Source: Chrysomallon squamiferum
Lineage: Eukaryota; Animalia; Mollusca
Length of the DNA stretch: 64,000 nt
NCBI GenBank assembly: GCA_012295275.1
Contig: CM022679.1
Location: forward strand, 17,732,001 to 17,796,000
Direction: 5' to 3'
Shown here: positions 1 to 11,500 of the stretch, piece after piece
How the letters are laid out: every line of letters begins with the position of its first letter
How positions within the stretch are numbered: the first letter of the stretch is position 1
The notes under the pieces: generated by a model
Databases searched by the model: none
The model's input: the letters and a program-made list of their open reading frames with translations, nothing else
What the model was told of the DNA's origin: nothing
Position numbers and translations under genes: made by a program

Positions 1-116
1 TGACATGAGATTTTAATAATACTCTCACAAACAGGACTTAAATGTTTGTCTGACAGCCAATTAGTGCAAAAGTTGGTGATCTGAAACAAAATATTTTCTA
101 TATCATGACTATTTAC

Positions 117-191
117 CTTTTTATTGCTTGCTGGTACAATAACAACAATATGTGTTGCATTTTGCAACTCTTTCAGGAACATCCTCAACAC
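117..191 (-). CDS. PGAP1: PGAP1 coding exon 17 ([25 protein letters not shown])
   Basis: ttgtag acceptor, AAG|gtaaat donor, phase 0-0. Confidence 0.85.
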
Positions 192-3100
192 CTACAAAAT
201 TTGAGTAGATAATACTAATCTGTGATAAGATAGATAGACAGATAGACAGATGCAATCTCTGTAGACAATATCGTCAGCTGTCATAAATAAAACATAATGC
301 CATTTTCTTCTAATTTATATTAAAAAAAAAAAAAAAAAATCACATTTAACAAAATACTAACGATAACTCAAAAGAGAACGAAAAAAACAAAGGAGGTTTT
401 TAAACTAGTTTAAAAATAAATAATTCTCATCATGTTTTCTAAATATATAGAATCTGATTAAGTTTGATAAAATTAAACAAAATATTTTATTACAACAAAA
501 ACATTATCTTTCAGTAAGCAGAAATTCACTTCAGTAACCTAAATACAAAAGTGAAGAAATATTTATCTTTATAACATTACCTAGAAAAGAAATTAAAGTT
601 TAATACTTACTTTTTTACCAGAATAAAGTGGTGGTAATACTTGGCCTCTGTCTGACAGATTAATGCAAGTGGAACTATAATTTAAATAAGAAAGAAATGT
701 TTCTTAAATATTTCATGTAAATATTATAAAAATACATTTACTTATTAACATTTTATTTGGTATCTGTTATTACCAGCATATGTTTAAATGAAAGGATAAT
801 CTTTTTACCATGTGACATGTGGAAAGTGTCCACTTACATGGTAAAAAAAAAAAAATAATAATAATACATATTTAATAGTAATACTTCTAATTATTAAATA
901 TATGAAAATAAATTACCATCTGTCTTCTTGGCTTGGCTTTGTACAAACACAGACCCAGTCATCTCTTGTCTTGAAAACAAACAAATTTTAAACAACACTC
1001 TCTTTAAACTAATTATAAATAAAGAGAATTATTCCACTGGCTTAATTTATATCTAATTTAGCTTGTTTTAATGAAAAAAAAAAAAAAAAAAAATACATAT
1101 CTGAAAAGCTAATAATGTGTGGTGAAAAGAGGCCTTCAAGAAGTGATGTTGAATATTTAGTTAAATTTTAATTTGTTTCATTTACTCACCACATTGCTCA
1201 GAACCATGACTGAATCAACTCCTTCATTTAAAATAGGAATTGCATAATATTTTGAACGTGGCATCTACAATGCATAAACATTCATATATAAATATATAAT
1301 AAAAACTTTTAAATATTATTACAAATAACTTGCACTGTACTGTCAAAATTACTAGAAACAGCAGCTATACAAAACACTACATGCAGATGACAAGACTGCA
1401 AGAAATCAAAGATGAGGTAAAAGGATGGTATATATCTTATAGACATATAAAATGACAAAATCCAGATTGAAAATGTCTTCTGTCTTATCCATGGGTTATG
1501 TGTGATAAAAGTATTATTTACATGATGAAAAATATATCCAAACAAAATTTTAATAATATGACTAATTGTGTATGTTGTAAACAGATTATTGTGGTAAACT
1601 AAATGTTCAATATATAATTCAGTACATGATGCTGAAAATTAAATATTCAATGATTATTATTCATTTTTAATGTAGAAAAAAACTTACTGAGGTACTTCTG
1701 AATGAGAAAATTGGTCCAGTCTTCTCCTCCCATGCTATGTTTTTATCTAGAGTAATCTCACCTGGAGTATTTTCCATAAACTTTCTTGTGCCAGAATGTG
1801 ACAAAAAATGATGTCTAAAAACATTCATTCTTTTATTTTTATCCATTGTCACCTGTAAATTTAAAAGATAATTGAAAAATAATTAAATTTTAAAGTAGAT
1901 AAAATCATAAATTTTATAGAGTTTATTCAAATCTACTTTAAATGTAAATAAATTTTCTGCTGAATATGAAGATGCAATCCAAATATATTCTATATTTGGA
2001 CAAAATCTGAAAAATTAAAATTAAAATTAACCATACCTGTTTTGTTTTATCATCAATAATATCAAACATTGCTCGTATTGTGGCTAGCACCATTTGTCGA
2101 CACCTAAAATATATAACACAAAATCCAAAATAGGTTATTTAAATTCATGCTTCAGTAAAGCATGCTTAAAATTATATTATCATAGCAAATGTGCGTGTAT
2201 GTGTATGCATGCATGCATGTGTCTGTGTATGTGTGTATGTATTCATGTATCTGTGTATATGTATCTATAGCATATGCAACAGTAACTTTATGTAAAAATA
2301 TAGCTAAAGCACTGAAATAACAAATTTTTCAACAATATTCTTACTGCATTCTATGTTTAATAAAAATAAAAATTATGATGCCTACCACACAGCACAAAGA
2401 TGATCTGTAGATACCCATGCATGTGGAACTGCCATGCTCTGAAAGTAAAGTAAAACCAAAGAATAATATCAAAGAGATAAATCAATTTCTTTATCATAAA
2501 TTTAAATCATAAAATAAAATAACATTATAACATGTTGTATAAAGAAGAATGTCAGTATACACACACACACACACACACACACACTCATGTACATGTACGT
2601 ATAATAGTAAAATATATATCCATTTGTGTGTAAGTATTTACTATTCTTTTCTTACTGTCAGAAGAGTTATTAAAGATAATGAGGCAATAATCAGCGCACT
2701 TACAGATGTACTGATAGATGATGTGTCTGGAAAAATCTACAATTAAAAAAACCCCATTAAAGGTAAATTATAGGTAAACTAATAGATATATTTTCTATAC
2801 TGCCAACTACTTGTTTTGTTTTATAAGAAACAAGTATTTGCTTGTAACAAGGTATAACAATAAAATAACCAGGGAGGCTGACATATAATCAAAATCTTAA
2901 GTGTATCAAGTATTAGGTAAACTGCCAAATAATTTACCTCTATCTTACCACTTCAGATTATTTACAATTACAATTTTTTCAATTATTCTGTTGATACAGA
3001 AAAGACAATCAGTCATGGAATTATCATTTACTGTGCAATATTAGGAAGATATATTATTGTCTCACCTTATTTAATGAAGTTAAGGCATTTCTGACCAGAA

Positions 3101-6100
3101 TATCTCTGAAGCCTCCACCTGTACTGACAACAGTTACATGACTTAGAGTATCGTTGCCATGCTGAGACCAAAAACTGTTCACTTTGTTATAGAAATGTAC
3201 CAAATAAATATCCAGGGGAAGAGCTGAATAAATAAGTAAATTGCTAAATTACCAAGCAAAATAAATAAATTAATATCAATCAATCACCAAATAAAATTAT
3301 AAATAAATAAATAAATAAAACTAAATAAATTACTAAATAATTTTTATGATCTTTGCTTTATTTTTTTTGAATTTTACATTAACCTTTTTATATTTACACT
3401 ACACCAACTCATGTACTACTTTAAATAACATACATACCTGGAGCTTGGTGTGGAGTAGCTTGTGTGATGATTGTGTTAACCAGATGTGGATCAAAGTCTG
3501 GCAAAGTAAACAAAGCTCTTGCTATAACACCTCCCTAGAAAAATAAATATAAATAATTGAACAATTGTACACATATAATTTTCCTTTACTAAAGTGAATT
3601 ACGGTGCAAAATGTATTTTGTATATTGCTACATGATAGCTCTATTTGCAAATAGTTAAGTATTATGAAAAACAAACAAAAAAAGAAGTCACAAAGTTGTG
3701 AAAATGAACAGAATCTGAAATATTCCATTAATTATAATGTGTTTCTTTTATTATGTTGTTTTAAGGGCATAGAAATGTAAAGAAATAGATTAATGATGAA
3801 GAAACTGTGAAGTTCATCAGGTCTCCTACTATTTTTTCATTTTTGTAATAAATGTCAAATGAAAAAATATCATCTCCATGATCTCCACAAGTATATGAGT
3901 CAAGGACCTCCTATGGGTGTACAATTAGTACACTCAAGTTACTGTATACCTGTTCAAATCTTGAAGCCTCACTTCTAGGTACTACTCAGAACTACTATAA
4001 ATCATATTCTAACCATCTCAAGAACATATTTCATGGAGCAAATAAGACAGGCCATCTGTAATCTGTTACAAAAATACAGAATGATATTTACCATGGAGTG
4101 ACCCACAAGAATAACAGATGTGGGTGGAAATTGAGCAGAACTGTAGAATTCAAGAATCTTCTTAATACAAGTGTGAATGAACTCTGCAAATAAAAATTGT
4201 AGTGATTATTTTTCCATTAATATCATTCCACAAATAATTTCTTATTTTATATTCTTCAAGCACAAGACCAGTCCTATGCTCAATACTATGTATTTTTACC
4301 CAAAATATTTGATTTCAGCTATTATTTCAGAAGGTATTTTAGTCTTTCTTGGAAGAAGAATTTATACTGAGTAATAAATAGTGATAAATTTCTCACATTA
4401 TTTCTATTTTAATTAATGCAATACATTCCTGATAACACCTTTAAAAAGTTGTCAATTTAAAAATCTGACAGTTAATATTACATAGTTCAAACCTGTTTGT
4501 TCTTGCAAAACTCCACCATAAAGGCCATTCATCTCCTGAAAAAGAAAAATGTTTTTAAAATTTAAGTTTATGCATTTGTCTTAAATGAAAATACTTAATG
4601 ATTTAACTTTTTCCTAAAATTCTGAAAAATTGAAATTAAAATCTGACTAAAATTAATTAAAAGTTTATTGTACTTTTTTATATTTATCTCTCTAAAATGC
4701 AAATCTGATATTGCGAGCAAATAACTTCAATACTGTTGGTAACAATGGTATAATTTGTTTTTTGAAACAGTGTCATGTAAATATTTATTTATTTACATAT
4801 AAAATAATAAAAGGCAATAAATACTAGCCTCTTGCAGATTCACAGAAAAATAATTAAAATGAAAAGTGGTCTGTTCTGCCTTCCTGAGAGCAACAGATGC
4901 CAAAGATCTCACTGAAAACAGCAATAAATAATAAATAAATAAATAAAAATATTACTAAAAAACTCTGATAAAATAAAGTTAAGCAAACTAAAAAGTATTT
5001 GAAAATTAAACAAACACTTATACTTACAGATAGAGAAATTTTTTAATAAATAATAATATATACATATAAATACATTTACATATTACCACACTGTCACTCA
5101 TAATTGTCATAAACATGTTTTGCAGCTTTATTCTTCAAAATTATATTTTAAGATTTTTTATTTTACTTATAACAATTAAACTAACTTATCTTATAAAAAA
5201 GTGTTCAAACAGATAAAATAATTATATTAATGGTACTTCAAAGATTATTTTCAGAACTAAGAGATACGTTAATTTAAAATTAAGTAAAGAAGTATATTAA
5301 ATAATTATGATATTAAATGAAAATATATAATTACCTTGTTTAAAACTACCAGCATTCCCAGGAATAAAAAGAACAGGAACACCTACAAGTTTTAGATTGC
5401 TAAAGAAAGAAATTATAATGACCAAACCTGTAAGATAGCTAATAGTAAATGGTTTTAATATTATAGACGAACCATATTAATTCAAAAGCAGATCCAAAGA
5501 GTATAGTGAGATTAGAGTATTAAAATCCCTGAGCTGCAAAGAAAATTTTATTTTAGCAAATAAATCAAAACTGCGTTTCAGTGCTGAAAATGATTTAAAG
5601 ACAACTATGCTAATTTCAATAATAATTCATATTCAGGGTTTTCAAATGCCTGTGAATTGGCAAGTGAAATAGGATTATCGAACTCAAATGTAAGAAGATA
5701 AATTCTTCTTTTCTGTGTCTGTCTGTATGTATATATGTATGTGTGTGCATGTGCATACAATTATATACATGCATGTGTGTGCAGTAGAATTAACACATTT
5801 ATAAAATACATGAATGTACGTGGTATACTATCTTTCCAAGTGTTAGCTGTTTTAAACAAGTTGGAAAAGACAGTAAAAACAATAATACACTATAATTAAT
5901 AAGAAGTTCTGTCTAAATATATAAGACAATTAATTCCAACTGACCTGATTTGATTTGCATAATCACTGAAAAAGAAGGAATTTTAATGTTTATTTTAAAT
6001 AGTTACAACATAATGAAATTCCACTTAGTAATTACACTGACTTATAGAAGACAAAATTGCTATTAAGAATCAGAATGAAAAGAAAAGTGGATTAGTGAAA

Positions 6101-6779
6101 TCACAGAAATTCAAAAATAATAACTGTGACAATGACAAAGTCTAATTAAACCAATGGTAACAGAAAAAAAAAAGCCAAAAAAGATATTTGAAAAGTATCT
6201 TTCCATAAACAGAAAATCATATATCAAGGCATCTTTTACACTGGTCATGAAGAATCTTATAATACGAAATGTTGTGATCCCAAAAGCTCAACATACCACA
6301 TCCAATATCATGATTTGTTAATACCTTTTTCTTTTTTTTGGATACTTGTGAAAATCTATTCAAATATTTTATAAAATGATATTTTGCTGTTGTTTTCAAA
6401 TTCCTATTTTAAGGAAAGAATATAAATACATATACATATGAATAAATCATTTTATAGATAAAACATACCCTTCTCCATAAATGTACAACTCGTATTTAGG
6501 GAACTGTGTACTAATTTCTTTTCCAAGATCTATTTTCTGAAAGCAAATATATACTATTTCTTTTAAATAACAAACACAAAATATTTTTAAAATTTTATCT
6601 CATTAAAAATAATTTTCACACTTGATTTTTTAAAATAATCTCACCAAATATTGTGGCAACTCAAACATCCATGTCATTTCACATCCATTTTCTTCAAAAT
6701 TGGTCAAGAAGTCAATTAATCCTGAAGTCAGCAATCCAACACCAATCAGTGACAGTAAACATTTGGCTACTGTTTTCAT
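117..6779 (-). CDS. PGAP1: GPI inositol-deacylase PGAP1 (Bst1 family alpha/beta hydrolase), 5' part; 17 coding exons, gene continues past the left edge
   Basis: Manual splice reconstruction with all phases compatible: 6779-6645, 6536-6469, 5965-5945, 5399-5335, 4911-4829, 4535-4493, 4183-4092, 3534-3438, 3223-3066, 2736-2704, 2438-2386, 2103-2037, 1852-1688, 1264-1190, 969-917, 674-611, 191-117 (1347 nt, 449 codons, no stop). Protein has an N-terminal TM segment, then [41 protein letters not shown], lipase motif [21 protein letters not shown] and [12 protein letters not shown], all recognisable PGAP1 motifs. Confidence 0.96.
611..674 (-). CDS. PGAP1: PGAP1 coding exon 16 ([22 protein letters not shown])
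   Basis: ttatag acceptor, AAA|gtaagt donor, phase 2-0. Confidence 0.88.
917..969 (-). CDS. PGAP1: PGAP1 coding exon 15 ([18 protein letters not shown])
   Basis: ttttcaag (AAG-type) acceptor, TG|gtaatt donor, phase 0-2. Confidence 0.82.
1190..1264 (-). CDS. PGAP1: PGAP1 coding exon 14 ([25 protein letters not shown])
   Basis: ttgtag acceptor, GTG|gtgagt donor, phase 0-0. Confidence 0.87.
1688..1852 (-). CDS. PGAP1: PGAP1 coding exon 13 ([16 protein letters not shown]...SFRSTS)
   Basis: ttacag acceptor, TCA|gtaagt donor; matches ORF-track 1667..1852. Confidence 0.92.
2037..2103 (-). CDS. PGAP1: PGAP1 coding exon 12 ([23 protein letters not shown])
   Basis: ttttag acceptor, CAG|gtatgg donor, phase 2-0. 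Confidence 0.93.
2386..2438 (-). CDS. PGAP1: PGAP1 coding exon 11 ([18 protein letters not shown]; presumed catalytic His)
   Basis: tttcag acceptor, TG|gtaggc donor, conserved WVSTDHL. Confidence 0.94.
2704..2736 (-). CDS. PGAP1: PGAP1 coding exon 10 ([11 protein letters not shown])
   Basis: ttgtag acceptor, TCT|gtaagt donor, 33 nt, phase 0-0. Confidence 0.85.
3066..3223 (-). CDS. PGAP1: PGAP1 coding exon 9 ([16 protein letters not shown]...[18 protein letters not shown])
   Basis: attcag acceptor, AAG|gtgaga donor, phase 1-0. Confidence 0.94.
3438..3534 (-). CDS. PGAP1: PGAP1 coding exon 8 ([32 protein letters not shown])
   Basis: ttctag acceptor, CAG|gtatgt donor, phase 0-1. Confidence 0.95.
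4092..4183 (-). CDS. PGAP1: PGAP1 coding exon 7 ([14 protein letters not shown]...VILVGHSM; catalytic Ser)
   Basis: ttgcag acceptor, ATG|gtaaat donor, phase 1-0. Confidence 0.95.
4493..4535 (-). CDS. PGAP1: PGAP1 coding exon 6 ([14 protein letters not shown])
   Basis: tttcag acceptor, CAG|gtttga donor, phase 0-1. Confidence 0.93.
4829..4911 (-). CDS. PGAP1: PGAP1 coding exon 5 ([28 protein letters not shown]), GC donor
   Basis: tttcag acceptor; the phase-0 junction to exon 6 requires GAG|gctagt. Confidence 0.9.
5335..5399 (-). CDS. PGAP1: PGAP1 coding exon 4 ([22 protein letters not shown])
   Basis: ctttag acceptor, AAG|gtaatt donor, phase 2-1. Confidence 0.95.
5945..5965 (-). CDS. PGAP1: PGAP1 coding exon 3, 21-nt microexon (gDYANQIs)
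   Basis: ccttctttttcag acceptor, CAG|gtcagt donor, phase 2-2; supplies the YA residues expected after YGEG in PGAP1 orthologues. Confidence 0.82.
6469..6536 (-). CDS. PGAP1: PGAP1 coding exon 2 ([23 protein letters not shown])
   Basis: tttcag acceptor, AGG|gtatgt donor, phase 0-2. Confidence 0.94.
6645..6779 (-). CDS. PGAP1: PGAP1 coding exon 1 ([45 protein letters not shown])
   Basis: ATG at 6779-6777, 3 nt after an acceptor (cctttacccag); TTG|gtgaga donor. Confidence 0.94.
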
Positions 6780-7826
6780 GATCTGGGTAAAGGAAAATTG
6801 AAACTCTGTGATGAAACTGTAAGCTGTCTATTCTTAATCTTGAAACTGTATGATGAGAAGTATTTAAAGAAGTATTTAAAGTTAAAACTGCTTGTTCAGA
6901 ATTGTTTTTAATTATATATTATGAGTTGTGTAATTAAGAATAATAAAATATATGTTCATGAATATTTTTAAAGGTGCCCATAAATATGCCCATAACACTG
7001 TGGGTTTTTTTTTTGAGATTTCCATATGTTGTTCATAAAAATAATAAAAATAAAAAAATCAATATAACTTTCTAGTTTTTGTTAAATAGTAATGTACATA
7101 AATCACTTCTTCTGGCTTAGGTGCTAGGAACTGGTTAAATACAAATATATTTGATATCATGAAAATGTGACACTAAAGCCATTTAACAGCTCTGTCACAG
7201 GCAATTTACTGGCCAAACTTATATTAAAAATGAATTGTACAGATATGATCTAGTAGCTAATGAACCACATTTGCTTCTTAAAAAGAAAAATTAAAGTAAT
7301 TTATCTTTAATGTATGCAAAAATATTTCCACATTGATATTTCATACTGTTTGCAAAACAAACTGAAAAACATTGTGGGCACAACATTGGTATGTGTCACT
7401 GACAGAATGATTATAAGTATGTATAATATTTTACGTGTTGATGTGGATCTGCAAAATTTACATCCACTATAAATAATACATTTACTGCACTGTAAATATA
7501 AATATACAAAACATTTACACAACAACAAAGTCCAAGTTAATTGTGAATATGGCCCTCTAGTTCTATATCGTAAAATATAACATTTACTGATTTAGGTTCG
7601 GAAATACATCATGCTTGCTTTGTTTTCCAAGAAATAATTTTAAATGTTCGTTAGTCTATATTGTACAATTATCAATCACTTTAAATTGTTTAAACTTTAA
7701 ATTTAATATATGATATCATGATATGTAATGTATTTATTAAATTTATCCTACATGCTAATGTTATATAAGACTGACTTATTATATGAACTGTAGTTGCTTG
7801 AATTTCTAAATTTTAAGTTTACTTAC

Positions 7827-7931
7827 TCTGCGGCCTCCCCTTTATCTCCCTGAGACTAATTAGTTTTCCGCACGTACGTTTTTCTCTGGGTTATAAGGCG
7901 TTGCCTTTCACCAGAAATCAGTATATTCAGA
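7827..7931. promoter_or_regulatory. Compact bidirectional promoter including the probable non-coding first exon of PGAP1
   Basis: Local CpG cluster in otherwise CpG-depleted DNA; minus-strand donor AGA|gtaagt at 7826-7821 pairs with the acceptor at 6783; NUDCD3 ATG at 7932. Confidence 0.7.
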
Positions 7932-8029
7932 ATGGAAGACCAGTATGATTCTGTTCTTTTAAGTATTCTTCAAAATGAAGGAGAAATTGTTAATTTTCTT
8001 GATGTGATTTTAGGTTTCTTGTACAGAAA
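7932..8029 (+). CDS. NUDCD3: NUDCD3 exon 1 (MEDQYDSVLLSILQNEGEIVNFLDVILGFLYRk)
   Basis: ATG at 7932; GAAA|gtaaat donor, phase 2. Confidence 0.93.
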
Positions 8030-8548
8030 GTAAATGTTACTATGATATGGTGATCTGGTTATATTTTCTGTGTCTAAAACTGTTTAATTGAAAACTTTCT
8101 AATTCAGATGATTTTATTTTCGCATGATACATAATTCCGTTTTAATTAATTAAGTTATTTATTTTTAAAATAATAAATAGGAAAGAAAATCGGCTTAAGA
8201 CAGCATTTTAAAATAAAATTAGAAGTATTTCATTGAACATATTTTTTTGTTTTTCTTTTGTTAATAATGATATCAGAATAAATAATTTTCTACCCAAAAT
8301 ACTTATTTTCATAATTTCAATATTTTTATGTTTTCAGAACTGACTTCTATAAACTTCTTAGAAGCAGATCGGATAAGATGGGTTTTCCACCAGGAGTGGC
8401 CAGAAAAATTTTATTAAATGTAAATATGTAACAATACAGATCTATTATACATTAATTTAATATTTATCAGTAATTATCAGATTTTTTTTTTTTTCAATAA
8501 ATGAAATCAGTTTAAGGCAAGCCAAGTTAAATTTAATATAGCATGGAT

Positions 8549-8595
<47 letters not shown>

Positions 8596-11500
8596 TTAAG
8601 TTGTTTTAGTTAAAACCTAAAAGCAAGTGTACATTTATAATTTTTCTTAAATAAGATAATTCCACTGCAGACAATATGAGAAAAATTATCAGTCACTGAC
8701 CGATCAGAAGATTTTATTTGTTCTAGGAATTTGACAAATTTGAGAAACTTGCCAAAGAAAATGATCCAACTTATCAAGATGAACCAATCAAAAAGACAAA
8801 AGCAGGCTAGTATTAGTCCATGTTTATTCCAAGGACAGTTTCACATCGATAAAGTTGGTTATGTAATTCCCTGAGACATCTTTGCATTTACAGGTTTTCT
8901 ACCAAAGATTTAATTTTCTCTTGTAGTTTACTTCTAAAATACCAATTTGATAGACCGAATACATTTTGTACACATCCAAGAAATTTGATTGTTTAACACT
9001 TGAAAGAATAAATCTTTCCTAACAATAATGTGAGATTGTGTCTTTATAATTATTATTATTGTTTTTTCTTTTACTTTTTAAATATCTTATTAACAGAAAC
9101 AGTGTCTACAACTAAAGAAGATACCATAAAACAGATACAAAAGCAGGAGGTGAAGAAACTGAAGCCAAATGAAGATGTGAAATCTCCTCAAACAGAAGAG
9201 AAGAGTAAACCTCCAGAGCAGAAAATCTTTGAAAAGATAGAAGATTCCACAGCAAAACAAGAAAGTGTTCCTGCCTCTGGCTCTCGTTCTGAATACACAG
9301 TGCAGACCTCCAGATCTGATACCATGGCATCAACCTCTAATTCTGATGAAAACATCAAAGAAAATGATGATGAAAATCCTGAACTTACAAGGTATGAAGT
9401 TAATGCAAATTATTATAAATAAATTTTTGACTTAACTCTAACAGAAAGGGAAAACATAGGTTCATGAATCCTCTAGAGCATTTTATTTTTTTATAGTGTA
9501 CATTGTTTTGAATAAATATTCAGTAGAATCATAATGTAAAATAATTAATTTAGAAATGCTTTATTGTTAGCAAATAATAAAATGATAGATTGATAGATAC
9601 TTTATTCTTATTCACATAGGTTATTAGAAACATACAAAAATAATAAGTTCCCAAAATATATTAACTGTATGTATATGTCATTGTACATACAACCAAAAAT
9701 ACCATTAATCTTTTAATAAGACTGAAACAAAATCAAGATATAGTCATTTTGAATCTCTATACCTGTATTGTTCTGTACATTTTATTTTAACATTTTAATA
9801 ATAAATTAATTGTTTAACCTAATTCTATGTAAAATTTTATATTCTTATTTGGTTGAAATAGATATTAAAGAAATGTATTTGTTTTTCCTTAATGTACTGT
9901 AAATGTACTTCATGTTGGTGTGATAATGGTGCACTATGTGTGGAGATCTATTGATTTTCATTGTAGACAACAGAAAATTTTTCAGAATAATCCAGAAAGT
10001 TACAATGGAGCTATTCGAGATCATTACTCATGGTCACAACATATTGAAGAGGTTGATGCATATGTAAAGGTATTTCACTTTCTGTAACTTAGGTTAATTG
10101 TATTCATTCTAAATTAAAATATTTTCTTCATTCTCATTGACGGTTTGAGTAATTTTCTTTTACTCTCTAAAACATATTGTCAGATCCGTTCAGGGCTTTT
10201 TTTTTTTAATGAATATATGTAGGAATGAGAACTATTCTGCATACTAATTAAATACAGATACAAAACCATTTATCCAGCTTCCAGAAACCTGTCTTTAGAA
10301 GTGTATTAATTTGTATCTGTAAAATATGTATTTGTTCTTAACTTTTCATTGTTTAGTTTATACTTTATGTACATAATTTAGCCTTGGTCCAGAAATCTGT
10401 ATCACCTCCAGTTCCACACTTGCCAGATAAAAGTCTGGCACCCATAATCTTGTTGCAGCCATAGAACATAGAAGTTAGAACTGAAATGTATTACTCAGAA
10501 TCAGATCAACAATTAGTAATAATTGAAAATTAGTATATTTATTATTATTATTATTATTTTCATTTATTTTTAGAAAAATTTACATTTAATTGAATGAAAG
10601 TAACTGTTTCATCGTCTTTCTTAAAAAAATAAACTAATGAAATTATTCAAAGCAATATATTAAAAGATAAAAAAATAATTAATGTTAAACATTAATGTAG
10701 TTTTTGTTCTTAACCAAGGCAAAGGATTTGTAAGTTTGTATTGTAATTTTTGATTTGTCCAACAATACAAATTAAAAACTGTTATCAATATATACTTTAA
10801 ATAAAATCTTAAATGTGGTATAATTCATTCCTTTTTCAGATTCCACCATACATAAAAAAAGGCAAAGATGTTAAAGTTGTATTAGAAAAATGTCACCTGA
10901 AAGTGGGTTATGTTAGTAACACAGGGGAGACAGTCACTGTTGTAGATGGAGCATTATTGTGGGAAGTGAACAAGGAGGAGAGTATTTGGAGTCTGGTGCC
11001 AGGACTGCATGTTCATGTAATGTTATTTACATTTTAAATTAATGTTTTCAATTTTCTTTACATGGACTCCATGTAATATTAATGGTATTTTAAAATTTAT
11101 GTTTCATCATTCATTACGTTCACTGTAGCTTCTTGTATTGTTATTTATCTTTTAGCTATTGCTTATTTTGTGATTAATTCCTTTAATTTATTTTACTTGT
11201 AACTTTTAAAATTTAAATTAATTATTTTATCATATATTTCACAGAGAGCCTGTATGTGTAATAGTGAAATTTAATTTTTTTAAATAACACTTCAATAAAA
11301 TGCAAAGTGGTTTTTAATTTGCAGTCAGAATATCTGCAGAGAAACATTAATGATAATAAATAAAATTAAATGTGTTGGCTGGTATTAATTAAATATTGAT
11401 TTGTTTACTGGGACAAGCAATTTTTCTTATAATATGGCAATGATATAAAGGGTGTACTGCAGTTCATGTCATTTTGTTTTATTATCAAGAAGTATCATTA

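Noticed and set aside
1309-1545. 78-aa minus-strand ORF inside PGAP1
   Set aside because: Lies in the intron between exons 13 and 14, which join in frame without it; no PGAP1 similarity
3949-4063. Exon-like segment in PGAP1 intron 7
   Set aside because: The acceptor is under 40 nt from the upstream donor and the compatible frames hit stops
9112-9333. 73-aa minus-strand ORF
   Set aside because: Antisense shadow of NUDCD3 exon 4
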